DNA of 64,000 nucleotides from Trypanosoma brucei (Eukaryota): NCBI GenBank assembly GCA_000002445.1, contig CH464491.1, positions 4,992,001 to 5,056,000 of the forward strand, read 5' to 3'. Shown piece by piece: positions 59,262 to 64,000 of this stretch (position 1 is its first letter; each line of letters starts with the position of its first letter). The notes under the pieces were generated by a model. It saw only the letters and a program-made list of their open reading frames with translations, ran no database searches and was not told where the DNA came from. The position numbers and the translations under genes were made by a program.

Positions 59262-60899
59262 TCATATAATTGAGGAAAAGTCCTTAGAATTTTGAAATGC
59301 ATATAATTCTACCAAATTCACAAAATCAGCAGCCATCAGAGCGAATTTCTTATTTACAAGGAAACTGGAATCCTGACATTTGCCTTCAATCCAACCACAA
59401 ACAGCTTTTTTATCTTTAGGAATATCACTTTTTACTGCAGCGCATTCCTCAGGGTTTTTTGCTTGACTACACTTATATGTTGTTTGTCTCCCCATTTCCT
59501 CCAGTTCCTGCTTGGGTTGCTTTTTGCGCTACGTGTGTTTCGTTCAATTTGCAGTGGGGGCCTTCATTGGCATCTTTGTTTTTCCACTCGCATTTTGGCT
59601 GCTGTTCTTTGCACTCAGTTGCTTAATTTATTATTTCGCACTGCGGTTTTGCTTGTTGTTCCTGCTTGTTTTGTCCTTTTTGTTTCTCATCTCCAGCTGG
59701 TGCCGTTAGTTTATGGATCTGTTGGCTAATTTTCACCTGCTGTCCTATGTTGTACGCTTCATTTTTAGTGCCTTGAGTTGTGCTGTCAGCGTCTCTAGTG
59801 TCTGCCTTGTGGCTTGTTGTATCTCTAGCTTGTCGGCCGCACTAAGTAACTTTTGCACCCACGGGATGTTTTTGGCCGCCGCTGCATTAGTTGGGCTATT
59901 TGTCACGTACATTACACAGATTCCTGAGCCGTCTGAGCCGCTGCATCCGGTTGCGGTGTATTTCCCGTAGTATGGTTTGCCCGCTTTTGGCTGGAGCTTG
60001 CTGGTGAACGTTGCGATTTCTAACCTTATTTCTTCTTCTGTTAGCGGGGCTGTGGCTGCATCTGTGTAGCACTTGCCCGCCAGATCTTTGATTGCCGCCT
60101 GTGCTCCGTTTAGGTTTGCTGAGTTTCCTTCGTTGTGTGTCGCCTGGTTTGTTACGCACACCTTGTCGCCTCCTCCATTGTCAGTTCCGTGGCTGGCGCA
60201 AAGGCAGAACAGGTAGGCTGCAACCGTCGTCGTTTTGCAACCGGCTGTATCGCTGCCGCACAAGTTGCTGCGGCTCGTTGCGCCACCATTTTCTGTTCCG
60301 ATATTGGCTTGTTTAATTTCGTCTGTTGCCGCCGCGGAAGCCCCATAAGCTGCGTCTGTTATCAGTTTTCTTATTTTATCTTTTGACAACTCAGAGGCTT
60401 CCTGGTGCTTGTGCTCTATTGCTTGCATGACCGCGTCCGCCCTTTCTGCTGTGGGTTGTAGTTGGGATAACCACAACAGCCTTGTCTGCGTGTCTGGTAC
60501 TTCCACACCGGCTTCCTTCAGTGTTTTTCCTTTTGGCTGCTCCTCCTCGAGCTCGTCTTCGGCTCCTGTCCAGTGCTGCCAGCGTTGTTTTCTCACTTCG
60601 TCTTCTTTGCCATTTTCGGGTTTGTAGGCTGGCCTTGCCTTGCTGTCGCCTGTTTTAGCAAACTACTTTCTCCATTCAAGGCTGGTTATTGACGAGTTTA
60701 ATTTCTGAATTTGCTTGTAGACACCGGCGGCTTCTGAGATGCCTGAAATCTCCGGTATCGGCCGGTTAGCTAGCGCTAGCACATGACAGAGATCCAGGAA
60801 AAGGTGCTCGTTATCTCCCGCCGTCGCCAGTGCTCCTGGAACTTGTGATTTTAGTATTACTAATACCACTGTTAGATTTAGTAGGCTTTTAATTGCCAT
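59262..60899 (-). pseudogene. VSG: VSG (b-type), 546 codons in one frame with two in-frame stops
   Basis: ORFs 60663-60899 (signal MAIKSLLNLTVVLVILKSQVPGALATAGDNEHLFLDLC), 59745-60596 (N-domain ...SNLCGSDTAGCKTTTVAAYLFCLCASHG...) and 59262-59495 (C-terminal domain ...KAVCGWIEGKCQDSSFLVNKKFALMAADFVNLVEL...) are all in the same frame, separated by stops at 60663-60665 and 59745-59747. Confidence 0.8.
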
Positions 60900-61416
60900 A
60901 GTGGAACTAATATTTCTTGCGATGATGGATATTTTGGGAGTGAATGAAAAACAATTGTGTCACTGCCGCGGTTGTTTGGTGCCGCTTTGCATTTCCAAAG
61001 TTTCAGCTATTCGGTTAGTGATATTTGGCAGCTGTTAGTTTGTTGGCGTCGGTACGCTCTTCTTGACAACTTTCACAACTTCTTTGCTCTAAACAATTAA
61101 ACCTCTTTAAACGACACACCACAAATTTCCTGATATTGAAAATCCCATTTTCCTCCGCCCATCGCATAATTTTGAAGTTTCAACAAATCTCTTGTGTTAA
61201 ATTTACTTCGTTTGAACTCTCTATACCAAGTAAAAATTTTCAAAATCAGTCTTTCTTTTTTCCTCCCAGTCATCTGTTTGTCCTACAAAATGAATAAATG
61301 GAGCCTCTCCAATCACCCCACTATTGGGAATAAAAGAATCTCTCTTCATAATCCTATCCAATTATTCCCCTCCTCAAATAAAATATCTGTCTAAAAGCTT
61401 CTTCCTGAATTGCACT

Positions 61417-61860
61417 TCATATTAACAACGGTTTGTAAATACTCTGCTCTGACCACCACTCCCCACTTCCCTTTAGTAACTCTCCAAATGCATATTCAAA
61501 CCTTCTAAATGCCCAAACTCTGGCTATCAAACCATAGCCACTAAGATAAGGGTTCCCACTAGGAGGTGATTTCAGTAACGGCGGTAACTTCTTATCCTCC
61601 TCTTTTCTGTATACAACATTAAAAAAACAATAGAATCTCTTCACATGTTCTTTGTAAATATCCTCTTCACTTTCTGCTGTATGTTGTATAAAATATTCCA
61701 CAGCACTCTCATACTTATTTCCATCACTAACTATAACATCCGATCCGTCTTAATGAATTACAATACCCTCATCAGTTACATTCCGTTTCTCTGAAATATT
61801 CCATAACCCATCTAGGTCTTTTAACGTGACTATATAAACTTCCCGTCGCAATTGTAATAA
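61417..61860 (-). pseudogene. Conserved subtelomeric non-VSG gene (possibly ESAG3-related), copy 3, an internally deleted fragment
   Basis: ORF 61417-61701: MEYFIQHTAESEEDIYKEHVKRF...GLIARVWAFRRFEYAFGELLKGSGEWWSEQSIYKPLLI. The upstream stretch ...ISEKRNVTDEGIVIH*DGSDVIVSDGNKYESAVEYF matches copies 1 and 2. Confidence 0.6.
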
Positions 61861-62511
61861 TTTCAATATTGATTAGTTTGGCACTCAATATGAGTCTACA
61901 CTATCCTTGAGTTGCATGAGTTTGAACTGCGACCACAAACACTCTAGGTTTTTTGTGCACATTTTATGTTACATTTGTTTTTGTGTCTTCTTGAAGTGAT
62001 ACTGAGCCTGAACACACTAAATGTTAGAGGAACTGTAAAGTTTTCAATATACAAAACTTCATGTCCTAATTTGTTCTATAATTTTGAGAAGGTTATCAGA
62101 AAAACTTGAAAAATTTAGGAAAATGGGATATTCCATCCTAAGATATATTTCGATTTTCAACAAGTTTTGGATTTCAATTTTAAAGCATACCGATATGCAT
62201 ATATATCTAAAACGTAAACATTTATTAACTTAATTAGCATCTACCACTGTACCAAACCTAGACACTCCATTTAGCCTCTTCACTAGACTTCGTGGGTATC
62301 TTATTGTCCCCCTCATCATCTTTATTTGTATGTTGGTGACCATCGTTACGTTTGTATATTGAACTGTTTATATTCTATCTCCATTTAGCCTTTGTTTATC
62401 ACAATATTCCTCTTTTCATTTACCTTTTATTTCTCACTTCTATTCGTTGTAACACTACAACTGTTCTACGTGGTTCTGTATTGTTGTTAATTTAGTCTTC
62501 AAAAATCATAT

Positions 62512-62598
62512 TTTTATAATATTAGTATACACATACGCACAACACTCTCCTATTATTATCATCATTATTATTATTACTATTATTACTGCTATTATAAC
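62512..62598 (-). repeat. 70-bp repeat (single copy)
   Basis: TTTTTATAATATTAGTATACACATACGCACAACACTCTCCTATTATTATCATCATT. Confidence 0.8.
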
Positions 62599-62889
62599 CC
62601 AAAATAATAACTATAAAGTAAAACTAAATAAATAAAAATAAAATAACCCTCATTTTTTATAGTCTATTACCATATCGCTTTATACACATAGACCACTATT
62701 ATAAATTTCAACATTTTTAATAATGTACAGAATAACCTTATTTTAATCAAGAAGCGTTAAAATGTATAAACTTTTTCTAAATTGTAAAAATTCTCTCAAA
62801 ATAAGCAGAGTTCTTAAAATTGAGCAAAATGATTTTGCCAATAAATCCTTAAAAGTATTATGCTAGAAGCAAACATGCAAGCAAAAGAG

Positions 62890-64000
62890 GGGCTTTGTGA
62901 ATCACAACGGAACTACTTCCTGTGGTGTTTGTAGTTCCTGTTTTACTATCTTGATTTGCTCCATCTACTTGTTTGGGTGTGTAAGTTGGATCCGCTACGC
63001 ACCTCTTTTCGCTTTTTTCACTGATTTCTTTGCAGCCATCTTTGCAGCTAGTTCCAACCCCTTTCTCCTTGCAAGTCTAGTTGTTAGTGGTTTCTGGTTT
63101 CGCCGCTGTATCTTTTCCGTCTGTGCCTGCAATGACTTCCTGTTTCTCCGAGAGCTGTACATTCGGGACGGCATACGCTGATTTCGCTCTTTCTATTAGC
63201 TTTTCCATTGTCGCTGTCTGCTGACTTTCCCTCGCTGCTAGCGTTTGTATCTCCTCCATTGTTTTTAGTGCTTCTATTAGCTTGGCCACCCACGGTATTG
63301 CGTTTAGGCCACTTCCGCTGACTCCTGGTGTTGTTGCTGCCGTGTAAATAACGCATAGGTTTGTCGTGGTTCCATCACATGTTGTTGGTTCCTTGCCGAG
63401 GTGCCTTACTAGTGCGTTGGCTTTTGCTTACCCCCTGATTTTGCTTTTAATTTTCGCTATTAGTTCCGCTAGCATCCGAGCATTTACAGTGGCCGGTTTT
63501 TTTTGGGGGCATTCGCTGGTAACTAGGCCTACATGGGTTAGCACGTTGGCTCCCCAGTCGCAAGCGAGGTTGTTGTTTTTGCAGTCTATTGTGTTACCCC
63601 AGGCATCGCCGCAGCAAAGGCAGAGCATGTCGCCTACTGCGCTTTTTCCGCCTTTGTCGCCGCAGCCGGATGCATAGACTGAGGTTTCTGCTACTGTTTT
63701 GCTTGGTGATGGTGAGCAGTCTGTTTGGCCGCCGTATAGCGCTTAGCAGATCAAGTTTTTGACTTTTATCGGCTTCTGTGTTGGCAGTTCAGTTTTGGCA
63801 GTGGTGTAGCCGGTTTGAATTTGCTTTTTTCTGCGTAGCGTCCTGTTTAGGGCTGCTGCGGCTAGGGCCCTCTGCCATCCTTTTGGTGGCGGCGCGTTTT
63901 CGTCTATCCATACCTTGCCATGTATTTTTCTTGTAGGCTTGCTGATATATTTCCTGCCAGTTTCTGAAATTATGTTCCCAGTGCGTCTGGAATGGCTCTT
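62890..64000 (-). pseudogene. VSG: VSG pseudogene (3' two-thirds, frameshifted); the N-terminus lies beyond the window end
   Basis: ORFs 63428-63628 and 63077-63289/63084-63356 (N-domain with a Cys pair ...NNLACDWGANV...). My translation of the minus strand at 62890-62960 ends ...GTTNTTGSSSVVIHKAPLLLA*. A degenerate 16-mer (GCGTTAAAATGTATAA) sits at 62755-62770. Confidence 0.75.

Noticed and set aside
1905..62598. Regularly spaced short repeats that could be mistaken for a CRISPR-like array
   Set aside because: These are the eukaryotic trypanosome 70-bp repeats. They are imperfect, about 3 kb apart and each associated with a VSG. There are no spacers and this is not a prokaryotic genome.

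Overview
The whole 64 kb window reads as a silent, subtelomeric variant surface glycoprotein (VSG) gene array of a Trypanosoma brucei-group trypanosome. It is eukaryotic, so there are no operons or CRISPR arrays.

All recognisable genes are on the minus strand. I count 22 VSG genes, pseudogenes or fragments, about one per 2.9 kb. Each has the typical cassette layout on the coding (minus) strand: an upstream 70-bp repeat tract, then a VSG of about 1.45-1.6 kb with a signal peptide, an a- or b-type N-terminal domain, a Cys-rich C-terminal domain and a GPI signal, then a 3'UTR with the conserved 16-mer TGATATATTTTAACAC. On the plus strand the 70-bp tract appears as ATAATATTCGTATATACACACTCACAACACTCTCCTATTATTATT followed by a (TAA)n tract, and the 16-mer appears as GTGTTAAAATATATCA. 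There are 15 such tracts of one to three repeats each.

Three VSGs are uninterrupted ATG-to-stop ORFs of canonical length: 34983-36422, 43069-44562 and 46315-47820. Six more are in one frame throughout but carry one or two nonsense codons. The rest have frameshifts or are fragments.

Non-VSG content:
- A non-LTR retrotransposon 3' fragment, ingi/L1Tc-like, encodes a multi-C2H2 zinc-finger ORF and ends in an A10 tail. It sits inside a b-type VSG, and its 5' side is lost in a 90-N assembly gap at 16191-16280.
- Three pseudogenised copies of one conserved non-VSG gene, possibly ESAG3-related, sit between a 70-bp repeat and a VSG start.
- There are interstitial telomere-like hexamer repeats (TTAGGG/CCCTAA).
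- A roughly 0.6 kb module (an orphan VSG C-terminal remnant plus a conserved flank) is duplicated downstream of two different VSGs.

The supplied ORF track renders GTG and TTG starts as M; I confirmed this at 3372-3374, 8048-8050 and 53526-53528. Many of its 'M' starts are therefore internal, and I checked ATG starts by eye for the VSGs I call intact. Plus-strand ORFs in the track are antisense artefacts of the VSG coding strand or translations of TAA repeats.
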